The notes below the pieces were generated by a model. The model worked only from the letters and a program-made list of their open reading frames with translations. It made no database searches and was not told the DNA's origin. Both the position numbers and the translations under genes were made by a program. Of a stretch of DNA of 64,000 nt, positions 1 through 13,049 are shown piece by piece. The stretch lies in the NCBI GenBank assembly GCA_016748015.1, contig JAAOMT010000494.1, positions 984,190 through 1,048,189 on the forward strand, written 5' to 3'. This stretch comes from Geosiphon pyriformis uo1 (taxonomy: Eukaryota > Fungi > Glomeromycota). Each line of letters begins with the position of its first letter. Position 1 is the first letter of the stretch.

Positions 1-468
1 AACTTTATATTAGTTAAAATATCTTTTTATTTATAAAATTTGAAAATTATAAAAATTTATAAATTATTACTTATTAAAAATTATTTTAATTTCAAATAAG
101 TATTTTACAATAAGAATAAATACAATAAAACTTATTTTTTATAATAAATTTATATTTGATTAAATATTCAAAATTTGTATATAAATTTTTACTATCTTTT
201 TTATATAAACTTTAATCATTATTCAAACAAATTATTCATTTAAATACATAATAAATTAAATTCACTTTAAAGTGGTTAGACATAAAAGATGGCAGATAAG
301 ATTCAACATATGTATTTATTAAACCAAATTTTTTTTATTCTAAAAACCAACTGATTATTAATTAAAATAACAAAAACAATTTTAATAAAAAAATTATTAT
401 AATTAATATAGTTTAAAGAAACATATTAAAAATTCTAAACTAAAAAAAATTATCTTATACTCAATAAT

Positions 469-3400
469 ATTTTTTTTTTTAACATTTAACAAGTGAGGTC
501 CAAATACTGTTTAGTACAATATATTATATATAAGCAATTTAAACTAGGTGTAAATCATGCATTTTCTATATGTGACCAGCAACTTAGGCTAATTAGGACA
601 ACACTAAGCATCTATATAAACTAAAACTAAGCTATCTATATCTAAAAAAACAAACAAAGTTTACATAGTCCAAAACTAACACCAAAAGCTTCAACAATAT
701 CCAATAATTTAACCATATTAGTTGAAATTACTAAAGAAAGCCCAGCTATAAAAATTAGAACAGACTCATTATGCAAGATTAGTCTATTCTTTTCTATAAA
801 GATCTGGTGTTTAGTATAGGCCAACCAGATTTTATCTCAGAATACAAAACAGAATTTGCACACAAAGTTCACAATTTTCTGGTCTGCAATCTTAGAATTC
901 TTAAAAACAGAAAGAGACTCTTAGTACCAATTATTGAAAACAATACTTTTACACAGAACCACACACACTGTAATGTTAAAAACACAAAAAAACAACAATT
1001 ACAACACACATAAAGAAGAATAAAAAAGACCAGAAAGCATTTCCCAATCAATTATATAAATGTTCAGTAACTAAATACAAGTGGCAAGATCAAATGAACA
1101 AGAAAAAACATGGTTTAAGACTTCAATATCTTCACAAAACAAACACACCACACTGAGATAACACCTTTTATACAAATGCTTATAAACAACAACAAGAAGC
1201 CAGTAATATAAAGCCTTCAGAAAATACATATAAGCATCAGCAGTATATCTATTAATGAAACTAGTGGCCAAGTAAGATCAAAATGTCACACTAATGATGA
1301 TCTAAACCAATCAACATTTATATGCAGATTATTTGTTACAATCCAAGAACCAGAACCAACTTTTTAGCACACACAATAAATAGAATAGAAAACATCACAA
1401 ACAAAATGTCTAGAATTATCAAAAACAATATTATTACCAGTTCTGATGTAATGTTCTTTAATCTGATAAAAGAGATATTAATTAAAAAGAGAAGCAGCCT
1501 TTGCAAATGTGTTAGCATGTTCAATTTCTGAAACACCTAAATGACTTTTCATTTTATGCCAACTGATATCTAAATTCTTTTCATGAATAATGTCTACAAT
1601 ATGACAATGTTCAACTCAACATCTGTTCTAAAAATCTGGACATATCAAACCCAATTCTGATTTGCAAGCATCAAAAACAGTTTGGCTATCTAAGAAAAGT
1701 TAAATTGAACTTGAAAAAAGGACACATTTGAGTGCCAATGAAATAGTCTACAACTTTGTTATAGTAAAAAACACCAAATCAGAAGCCTCAACACCTAAAC
1801 CAAAATTTATATTCTCAAAAAAAACAGCTGCACCAGCCCTCATATTAACAGTTCTCAAACCACACAGAGATTTATTCATATAAACAGAAAGACAACTGGT
1901 ATCAACACCCAATAAATAATCATGGACAACTCCAAATTCATGAGAACCAAGAATATTTAATAAGCCAATGTCTTTCAAAAGAGAAAAACAAACAGAAAAA
2001 AAAGCCACACTATTAAGAAAATGAACTAAAAGCTTGAACCAATTGGGAATTAGACCACATGAGTCCAATTTTTTTTACCTCTTGAATGTTTTTTAATTAA
2101 AAACTGTACTAGTACAGTTGCAAAGTTGGTTTACAAAAGCAATTTCATACTATTGAAACAAAAAGATATACTTAAAGTATATCGACTTACTAAGAACAAG
2201 TAATACAAAAATACCACCCCAAAAACGAAAAGCATTGGTTATAAAACTACCCAAAGACAAATCATATTCTAAAAAAATACAAACTATACTAGCCAAGAAA
2301 TTATTTGATAAATTGACATTAACACAAGCCAGAAAAAACAAAGAATGATATAGATACCAGCTAAAAATCTGCAAGTTATATGACCTATGTGCAAAAAAAC
2401 AGCCCAAAACTCCAAGAAAATTTGCAAAACAAACAATAGAAGCCAACTTGCTTTTTGTCTGAATTTGTTTAAAAGTTTTTAAACCATATAAAGAAGAGTA
2501 GTATATTACATTATTGGGAAAATCAAATAGCAGACCAGATTTGTACTTTAAGTCTTTGTAAATTAGAGTGTCTTATTTATTACACACACCAATAGAAATG
2601 AACTGAATTGAGTTCTGTAGTTAATAATGAGATAAAAGACTGCTAACATCAGATACAAAAACTGCTTATTAGAAATTGCTTTTCTTAAAACAAAATTGGC
2701 AAAAAACTGGACATCCAAATGTGTCTTAGCCAAGCTAGACTTCAACAAACTTTTAAAAAATAAAAAAATGTCCAGATAGTAATGAGATTCTCCTTTTTTG
2801 GCAACAGAAATAGACATGTTACTAACAGATAAAGATAGATTTACAACCTTGCAATTAATAAAAATAGCCACTGTCTTATCATTATTTATAGAAATGTCAT
2901 TGATTCTAAAAAATTTACTAACAACATTGAGAATATGCTGTATAGCAGTCTAATTACTACCAATTCAGATTGTATTATTAATATAAGCACCAGCGACAAG
3001 AAAAAAAGTCAGCCCAGCCTGAGATTTTACTCAGCCAGTTTTGGCGACATAATAAGAATTCAACTTATAATCATAGATACTCTTCTATTTCTTGACTTCA
3101 CACAAAAGTGAATCATAAAATATGTTCTAGAGAAGAGATAAGAAAACTTTTTTTTGATCTAATTTATTATAAATCTAATAACTACCAGTTAAACCAAAAT
3201 TAGTTATAACTCTGTTAATCTGATTATTGTAAATACTACCAAAAAATTTAATGAATTTGCCACACATTTTGACTTTGATCAAACTCTTCTTAAGATGTTT
3301 TCATCTAACAAAATCATAAGCCTTATGTATGTTTTGTAAAACCAGCCACAGTTTATAGTTTTTTTCTAAGGCATTCTCTATAATCAAACAAATAGCAAAA

Positions 3401-5770
3401 ATAGGGAATTGTATTATTATACTTTTTAGAACAGAAAAATTATCTCTACAGAAAACATCAAAAGTGTTGCAAGCCAAAAAAATTCTGTCTGAAAATTTTT
3501 TGAAAAAATTTTACAAGCTGTTTTAATCAAAGCAATAGGTTGGATATTTATAAAAATGTCTTTCTACTCATATGGTTTGGGAATTATTGAAACTTAAGTC
3601 TTCTTTCAAGAATCAGACACCAACTCACAAATCAAACAAAAGTTCAAAAGCACCAAAAGCATATTCAAAACAGACTTGTTACAATACTTTTACAATTTAT
3701 TTAAGATGCCAGAGAAACTGGCAGTCTTCCCATTAGACAGAGCTGAAATCACATTAAACATCTCATCAAAACTAACCAAACATATTACATCTAAAAAAGC
3801 ATCATCAAAAACATAATTCAAAAGTTAATACTAATAAGACCAATTATTAGAAAGATCTGTAATCACTTTATGCTTCCAAGTTTAGCCTTCCATAATCACA
3901 TCTATTTTGAACTTGACAAGATTAGGCTCCAAAATCAGCTTATTGTTAATGACCAGATGGTTTAATACTACCTTGTAAAAAAGCTGCTCCAATACACTTC
4001 TAATAATACAGTCTTTATTTATTACAAAATTTTCTATTTTTTTATCAATAGCTAATTTGATCTGAGATTTCCTAGCATGTTTCAATTTTAGCAATTTAAA
4101 AAAGTAATAAGACTTTCTAATTTTAGCCAAAACAAATCTGATATTATCAAAATAAGACTTCAAAAGGAAAAAAAACTTCACTACAGAAGCATTAACAGCA
4201 TCAAAACTTTTCTACTTAATTAGCAATAATACAAACTTATCATAAAAGACTTTAACAATTTTAGACATCAAAAGTTCTAGCTTGTGAAATCTTGATGACT
4301 TTTTAATAAAGACATTATTATAGTTCTTGAACTATTTCTTTTTGAAAATTCTTTTAGCCAACAGACATATCACCTTACAAATAGCATTTCACATCATGTC
4401 TAAATTCAAAAACTTCTTAAACTTTGTGAAATTATCAGAAAACATAACAACATTTGTCACCAAAGCTTTCTTGAACTTGGTTTATTTGATATTATTCACA
4501 TCCTTAAAATTGAACTTCCAATAATCTCTATTCATATGTTTGCTAAGAGAGTTCAACCACACATCTAACAATCTTCCCAAACCCACCAACACAGAAACAG
4601 CTTAATGATCAGTATTAAAATAGTCACCAATATTTAACACATTATAACAAATCACTACATTAATTAAGTTTGAGAAGACAAATACATAATCAATAGTTTT
4701 TCAGCATTTCTTGAATTTTACCATGTGGAACTTTTTGCAACCAAACTATTTGACAAAGAATTGACCAAATCCAAATTAAGGCATTTTCTAAAACTAGCAC
4801 ATCTGTGCAAACTATTTTTATTGAAATTTCCACTTAAGATAACAAAAAAAGATTCATTCACAGTCTTTATAATCAAAGAGTTGATATTACTAGCTTGAAA
4901 CAGATACACAATCAGGGCAGCACTAGCATAAAGTTCCAAAATTAAAATAGATAACTTATTCTTGAAAAGCAGCTTAATAAACAAGAGTTTATTAGCAACT
5001 TTTGAAATCTTGTACACATATTTTACCAAACCAATATTTATTATAACAGCAATACTAGAGCCCAAATAACCAGATTCTAAACCAAAAGTAAAAACACAAA
5101 CACCATTAAACTTGTTTATAATTTATGGACAAATCTTACTTTTCAATTTTGTTTTAATGATGATAGAAACCAAATTGTTTATTTCCTTGTGCCAATAGAT
5201 GATGTCTTCTTATTTAGCAGGATTGTTCATCTTTTTAACATTACATGTGGCAATTTTTTACACTAGACTACTCATTAAGAAGAGAGTTAAAGAAGCACAC
5301 TACCAGCCAAAACCAAATTATCAAAGTGAGCTAATAAGCTCAAAACTGAGACAGAGAAATCTTTCAACATATTTTTTAATTTAATCACTTTAGAGGGGGC
5401 AGATAGACCAAAACTGCAGCAGTTTTATTACTAGTGGCCTTACTCAAGTTCTTTCCTATCACTATATTATCCATCTGTTCCAGTAATGATGAAATCACTG
5501 ATAGCTAACATTCAAGACTAGACTGAAAAACTGCCAACACAAGTAATTTTAACTTCTTAGCCAACTTACTAATTTGTCTTGTGAGACTAGTAAAACTGCT
5601 CTCAATGTTAATTAAACATAATTCTAACTCTTTAGCAATAGGCAAAGAAGATTTTATTTCTGAAGAGGAACCAGAATTAGCTGAATCATTTCACATAGAT
5701 AGAAAAAAGAAAGAAGATTTATCAGCAATACTTGCCCATAAAACACTACCAAAAGCAACCAGTCAAACAT
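469..5770 (-). mobile_element. Non-LTR retrotransposon (LINE copy A), 5'-truncated within ORF1, degenerate
   Basis: Poly(A) tail seen as T12 at 469-480, and a 3' UTR motif shared with copies B and C. Minus-strand fragments give APE endonuclease (ATCNV, SGNFN for GDFN), RT (GAYINNTI for GAFVDDTI), RNase H (VYMNKSL for VYTDGSL) and a C-terminal CLFC..HVFSC Zn finger. Confidence 0.85.
642..5275 (-). pseudogene. LINE A ORF2 (APE endonuclease-RT-RNase H-CCHC), many stops
   Basis: ORF-track fragments 4718-5065, 3882-4181, 2563-2871, 2150-2446, 1748-2068, 1071-1271 and 642-824 are colinear pieces of one polyprotein. ATG at 5275 precedes KIATCNV. Confidence 0.8.
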
Positions 5771-6333
5771 TAATAATATCTTGTTTAATTTTTCATAATA
5801 ATATTAATATTAGATTTAATTAAATTTAAATTTAAAATTGAATTTCTATTAAAAACCAAATAATTTAAAACAACTTTTTTAAAAAATTAGTTAGTATATT
5901 TTTAATAATATAATTTTTGTTGTAATTTTTTTTAAACTTATTAATTGTGAATTTAATTTTAAAAATTTTTATAGTCTTAATTTTCTGTATTTTAAAAAGT
6001 TTGTATTATTGTTTTAAAGTATTTAATTACTAAAAAACCAAATTTAAACAAAACTTTTTTAATATTAAGTTCTAAATATTTAAAATAATTAAACATTTAA
6101 ATTAAATTAAGTTTTTAATAAAATATTAAAACCAATAATATTTTTAAAAGCAAAAACTTTTTTAATATATATTTTAATTATTTAAATATAAAATCAAATG
6201 TTTTAAAAAACAATATATATATTTTTTATTAATGTTTAATAAGTAAAACCCAAATGCTATTTAGTATAATACATTAAACTAAGTAATCTAAACTGCAAAT
6301 TATGTACTTTTTACATGTGACCAGCCACTTGGA

Positions 6334-9300
6334 CTAATCAGAGCAACACCACAAATCTATTATAATAGACACAGAGCTATCAGTATTAGAAAAAAAACTG
6401 TATAGCTTACAAAAGCCAAAACTAATATCATGTGTTTCTAAAATACTAATTAATTTAACAACACTATTAGAAAGCAATGATGAAAACCCATGAGTCATGA
6501 AAGACACCAAAATATTATACACAATTAAACTTTTTATTTCTATAAACACCTTAAACCTAACTCTTACTATTTATACCTTAGTCTGATAAACCATACTCAA
6601 ACCTCTTACCAAATTAATAATCATCTTGTCTGCAACCTTAGTACAACCAAAAACTAACAAAGCTTCCAAATATTAATTCTTAAAAACAAAACTCTTATAT
6701 AAGGCCATATATATCTTAAAGTCAAAGACACACAAAAAAAGCATCTGCATAATACAAAACAATAATAGATTCAAATCTAACATAAAGACTCAATAAGCCA
6801 AATATGAATCAAGCAAGTTTGTACAAGCAACAGAGTTTACTACACATATAAATAAATAGTCAGAAAATTCTATTTTATCACAATAAAAACATAACACACT
6901 AGAATATATCTTATTATATAAGCATTTCTTAACAGTAACTGATAAATAACAATATAAAGTTTTCATAAAATATAAATACAAATTAACAATAGGTCTACTC
7001 ATAAAACCAGATGGCATATACAAGTTAAGATGTCAAATTAAAGCAGTCCAATTCCAATTCATATTTCTAATTATATTAGTATCAATAATATTAAACTCAG
7101 ACCCAACTTCTTAGCAAGTCTAATGAACAGTCTTAAAAACACCACAAGTAAAATAACAAATATTTCCAGACACAATTATTTCACCAGCCTTAATATAATT
7201 TTTCTTAACAAAAACAGAAAGTGCAAAGTTTCAATGTAAAGCTAAATTAATTAGCTTATTAGCATATTTATTACTCAAAATATCTGAATGGTTTTTAACT
7301 TTAGACCAAGTTATATCAAGTCCTTTGTCTTTAATAAAGTTCACAATACTATTTTTTTCTATTTAACAACAATTACAAAAATCCAGCAAAGCTAATCTCA
7401 ATTCAGCAGCACATGTATCTAAAACAGCTTAACTGTTCAAGTATATTATAACACTACTGTTTACTAAGACACATTTCAAGACCAAAGCAATAGCCTGTAA
7501 TTCAACCATTATAAAAAAGACTATACTACCAACTTTTACACCAATATCCAAATTTAAATTAAAATATGCAGCTGTACTATATCTCAACTCCTATATACCT
7601 ATGTGTTTCAGTGATCCATCCATGTAAACATTAATAACATCCAAATTAGAATGAGAAAAACACTATTATATTATAAAAAAACTGCCAGAACTAAAAACAC
7701 TTAAAAACCAGAAACCACCAGTAAAAGATTGTACAACAAAACAACAAGGAGAATTGACTAAATAGTCACATGTTAATTTAAACTACACAGGAACTGGGCC
7801 TCTAAAATCAAGTTTTTTCTAACAATAAAAACTTTTTTAATTGAAAACCAAATCTTTTTTGTCATATAATTGTTTAATAAAAACAATATTAAACCTCTTA
7901 AACAATTTAAAAACATTATAGAACACTGAAACTTCCAAAACAAAAGACATTAAAGTGTCTTCTGAGAACCAAAATGCAGATAAAAAATTGTTGCCAAGAG
8001 ACATATTATAATCTAAGAAAATTTTCACCACACCAGCCAAAAAGCTGTTAACTAAACTGATTTTTAACTTAACAGAAATCTGTAAAAGATACACTGAAGA
8101 CCAATTTAAGACCTGCAAATCCAGAGATCTATAGTTGAACAGATAACTAAAAATTCTACTAGCATTTGAAAAACATAGCACTAAAGCTAACTTACTCTTT
8201 GCCTATATCTGCTTAAAAAATTTCAGATCATACAAAGATAGATGGTAAAAAATTTTATTGGAAAAGTCTCTGAGCAAACCAGCTTTTATTTTTAAACCCT
8301 TCTGATTAATGTATCCTACTTAATATATACATTCTTGGATATAAAACTGAATTGGGTTTTGTAATTAACAATAAGATATAACACCACTAAAACCAAATAA
8401 AAAAACTGTTTATCCAAAATAATCTTTCTTAAAACCATGTTAACAAAAAACCTAACATCTGAATTAGCTTTCACTAAGCTAAATTTGGATAAACTCTTAA
8501 TAGACAAAAAAATACTCAGATATCTAAAAAACTTTCCTTTTTAAGCAACAGAAATTGGCAGACTGCTTATTAATAATAAAACATTCTTAACTTTTTGGTT
8601 AATAAAATAACTATCATCTTTTTATTGTTAATTGAAATGTTATTAATTTTAAAGAATTCATTAGCAAAATCCAAAATGTGTTAAATAGCCACTTAACTAT
8701 TTTTTATCTAAATTGTGTTATTAATAAAAGCACCAGCTGTCAAAAACAAAGACAATCTACTTTGCAATTCAACTCTACCAGTTTTGGCAACAAACTTAGT
8801 GTTAATACAATAACTATAAAAACTCATATGTCTCTTAACTTCACATAAAAAGAAGTTATAAAAAATTCTCCAGAACAAAAAAGAAAAAATCTTGTTTTAG
8901 TCCAGACTATTATGTATGTAATACTTCTCAATAAGCCCATAATTTGTCATAATCCAGTTTAACTTATCATTGTAAATATTATCAAAGAATTTGATAAAAC
9001 ACTTACATATTTTAATCTAAACCAAACTGTTTTTAAAATAATATTATCCAACAGAGTTGTAGACTTTCTGTATATTCTACAAGACAAGTCAAAGCTAATA
9101 ATCTTTTTTTAAAGCATCTTTAATAATTGAGCCTATAGCAAAGATAGAAGACTGAATAGTGATGCTCTTTAACACAAAAAAATTGTCATCACAAAGAATA
9201 TTAAAGCTGTTATATGTTAATGAAATTCTATTTGAGAGTATCTTAAAAAAAATTATATGAGCAGTTTTAATTAAGACAATTGGCCTAATGTTAGTTAAAA

Positions 9301-11018
9301 CCTCATTCTACTTATAAAATTTAGAAATCATTGAAATTCAAGTTTTTTTTCACAGATAAGGTACAAATTCACATACCAAACAAGAATTTAAGAAATTCAA
9401 TAACATTATGAGAACAAAAACATTGCAATGCTTCCATAACTCATTAATGATATCAAACAAACCAACAGCCTTTCTATTAGGTAGATTTTTAATTACACAC
9501 CACAATTTATTGTAACTAATAACAGCTATAACACCAGAAAAAGCATTATTATTAACATAAGTTAGCAGCAAGTATTGACAATACTACATGGCAGAAACAT
9601 TATCTATTACTAATTTTTTTTTTGTCCAACTTTTTATTATTATATTAATCTTGAATTTGACTTTAATCAGATCAAAAACCAGCTTATTATTTATAACTAA
9701 ATAATCTAAAACCATTTTCTAAAAGAAATATTCTAATATGCTTCTAATAGTATGACTTTTATTAACTGCAAAACTCTCCATTTTTTTATTAATAGCAAAT
9801 CTAATATTTATCTTTTTGGCTATTAGTGATTTAGCAAATTTGCAAATGCAATATAATTTCCTTATACCAAAAAGAACAGAATATACACAATTATAATCAG
9901 CATCAGAATCTACTAAAGCCCAAATATTTAAAGTCTAAAAAGCCCAATAGGTCATCAAAAAAACAAATTTACTATTAGTATTTTTACATAAAAACTTAAC
10001 AATTTTTAACACCAAAATTTTTAACTTATAAAACCTAGAAGATTTCTTAGTGAAAATACTATCAAAGTTTTTGAACCATTTTTTTTAAATATCTTATTAG
10101 CCAAAAGACATACTATTTTGCAAACAGTATTCCACATTGCATCTAAATTTGAAAACTTTTTGGATGTAACAAACTTACTGAAAAGCATCACTGTATTAGC
10201 TGTTATAGCATTTTTGAATTTAAGCTATTTTGTTCTATTAGTATCTTTAATATCAAACTTCCAGTAATTTTTATTTGCTTGCTTATACAGAAAATTAAGC
10301 TGCACATCTAATAAGTCACTCAAATTTATAGAAACAGAAATAATTTGGTGATTAGTGTTAAAATAATCTCTAATATCTATAATTCCACAATTTACAACCA
10401 CATTAATTAAGTTCGAAAAAATAAATATGTAATTAATCATTTTTGTAACACCTCTAGAATTCTTTTATGTTGACATTTTTGTGACCAAGCTTCCAATTAA
10501 TAAATTAACCAGTCCCAAACTAAGGCATTTTTTAAAACTAGCACATCTATAAAAACTATTTTCATTGAAATTACCACTCAAAATAACAAAAGAGAACTTA
10601 TTTATAGCCTTTGCAATTAAAAAGTTAATTTTTTTAATCTGAAATAAACACACTGTTAGTATAATACCAGCATATAACTCCAGAATTAAAACAAAAAGTT
10701 TGTTTCTGAAGAGCAACTTGACAAAAAGAAAGTGACCAGAAATTTTAAAACTTTAGATATATGCTTTGCTAAAATAATATCTATAATAATCATAATATCA
10801 AAACTCAAGTAACTAAAGTTCAAACCAGAAACAAATACACAAACATTATCAAACTTATTAGCAATTTATGGATGGATTTTTCTTTTCAGTTTTGTTTTAG
10901 TAACAATTAAAATCAAATTGTTCATATTTTTATGCTAATAAATAATATTTTTCTGTTTAACAAGATTATTTATATCTTTAATATTGCATATAACAACTTT
11001 TTGGATCAAACCAATTAT
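6334..11018 (-). pseudogene. LINE B ORF2 (APE-RT-RNase H-Zn finger), many stops
   Basis: Fragments 10465-10716, 10225-10440 (INYIF..NTNH), 9350-9571, 8316-8507, 7837-8181 and 6790-7023 (CFYC..C) match the equivalent parts of copy A. Confidence 0.8.
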
Positions 11019-12912
11019 TGGTAAAAGGAAGTATTTAAACTCAAGCTATTATTATTTAATCTAGCCAACAGACTCATTATTGTGTCTGACAAATTGTTCA
11101 ACTTTTTTTTAAAACTCTTAACAGACATCTAATTTAAAGACACTATCTTTATTACAGTCTTATTATTAGTGACCACATCTGAACTCTTACTTATTACTAT
11201 ATCTGTTCCTTAATTTTGTGATAAAAAAGTCATTAATAACTAATATTCAAGACTAAACTAAAAAACCATTGGCCCAAGTGTGTTTAATTTCTTAGCCAGT
11301 TTGTTTACCTGCTCTATGAAACTGGTAAGACTATACTCAAGAATAATAAACCTATCATTTATATTCAAAAAAACCAGTAGGGAGGTTTTGTTTCAAAGAT
11401 AAACCAGCACCAGAAAAAACCAAAAGCACTATACAAGAAGTAGACTATTAGCAATCTAAGTCCAAGTTTTACTACTAAAAAAAACTGGGTAAGCAATTGG
11501 CATCTGCTTTTTTTTATATATGTTGATTAAACAAATCTGATTTTGAGAAGTTATTATATGTTTACCACAGCTACCAGAATTTTCATATACTAAATACATA
11601 CCAGAAACATAACCAAATTGTTTGTACTAAGCACAATAAGCCAAAAAAAAACCAGTTCAATGCAAATTTATATCTTTAAAAACTAAAGTAGAACTAATAA
11701 CAATCATTTTAAATGTTTTATTAGCAAAACAAATTATAACACATCTATTGTGTACATATAAACTCGGATTATGACCAACAAAACAAGTTTTCTCACTATA
11801 TAATTCCAAAAAATCAGATAAATTATGAATAGTAATACCAATCAGCAAAGTATACAACAAAGTTTAATAGAGATCTTTGAATATTCATGATTGTTTATCA
11901 TTAACTGTCAATGTTACACACACAGATTTTTTTTTCAAAAAAACTGATTATTTGAAAGCAACTAAACTGGCAACATCTAATAACTTAAATTTCACTAAGG
12001 TTTTTTGCCAAAGATTAATCAATTGTGTATTAATTGAAACAATCTTACCAAATTTGGAAAACACTGATTTTACAACTGATTTGGAAAGATCTACTGGAAT
12101 TTCTTTGACAATTACTTCCTAATCTAAATAGCTGTTTGGTTTTTTAACATTACTATTAACCAAGATTTTTGCATTAATAGTTAATTTTCTAGTCTTTTGC
12201 AAACTTAACTCTGAAGTAAAAGAAGATTTAATTAATTCTGGAAATTTTAAAAGAGTAAACACTTTTCCAAAACCATCTACACAATAAAAAATTTTTTTTA
12301 ATACCATCAATTTATTACCAAAAGATTTGCCAGGCACAGCCAATAAGTTGATATTCAATATAAATAATTTATTCAAACCAAAATTCTTAATATTTTTGCT
12401 TCATAACTCTGCTAATAACAACTTTTTGAAACCAACAAACATAGATGTTAAGAGCACCAACTTAGTTTTATTACTACTCAAATTATTAAATAATGGCATT
12501 TTAGATGACTGTTCCAAGACATATGTTCTTATTTGCATTTTCTTTAGAGTTGTATTATTTATTATATTGTTAGTGTTAAAAGTATTGGAGTTTACATAAC
12601 TTGTTTTTTCAACAATTATGTTTTTTATGTACTTGATATTAGACACTTTACTAATGTTAGCTTTTTGCTATCTACTTTACTACTTTAAGATTTCTTGTAT
12701 TCATTAATGCTAGTTTGCAAAACATTAACAAATATAAAACCAGCCAATAAATTTATCATATTATTAACAACTTCAGGTTTTTTTGGTTTTTTGTATGAAA
12801 GACCATAAAAGTAGATACTTTCAATATATATATTTTTTTTAATACTAGATCAAATCTCCAATTCAGCTGAAACAAAACTAGAACTATCAGTAGAAAAGTC
12901 TATTAGATCTAT
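11015..12912 (-). pseudogene. LINE B ORF1 (nucleic-acid binding, CCHC knuckle remnant)
   Basis: Fragments 12401-12646, 12119-12376 and 11657-11860 lie upstream of ORF2. CA*YKQFG.. knuckle remnant near 11600-11635. Homologous to 43950-45720 in copy C. Confidence 0.65.
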
Positions 12913-13049
12913 AGTAATAAATAGAAGTGCACTAAAAAAAATAACAAAAACAAAAAGATAAAAAAAAATAAAAAGTGTATTTCTTTAAATATTCTATGCT
13001 TTCACTATGACCAAAGAATCAATAAAAAAAAGAGTTTTTTAAAATATAT

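Larger units (their letters stand above)
6222..13045 (-). mobile_element. Non-LTR retrotransposon (LINE copy B), apparently full length ~6.8 kb, degenerate
   Basis: Same 3' motif (6297-6341) and same ORF2 domain order (YMDGS at ~7615; ELQAIAL at ~7490). ORF1 remnants lie at 11015-12912. The 5' end resembles that of copy C (ctatgct...aagagttttttaa). Confidence 0.85.
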
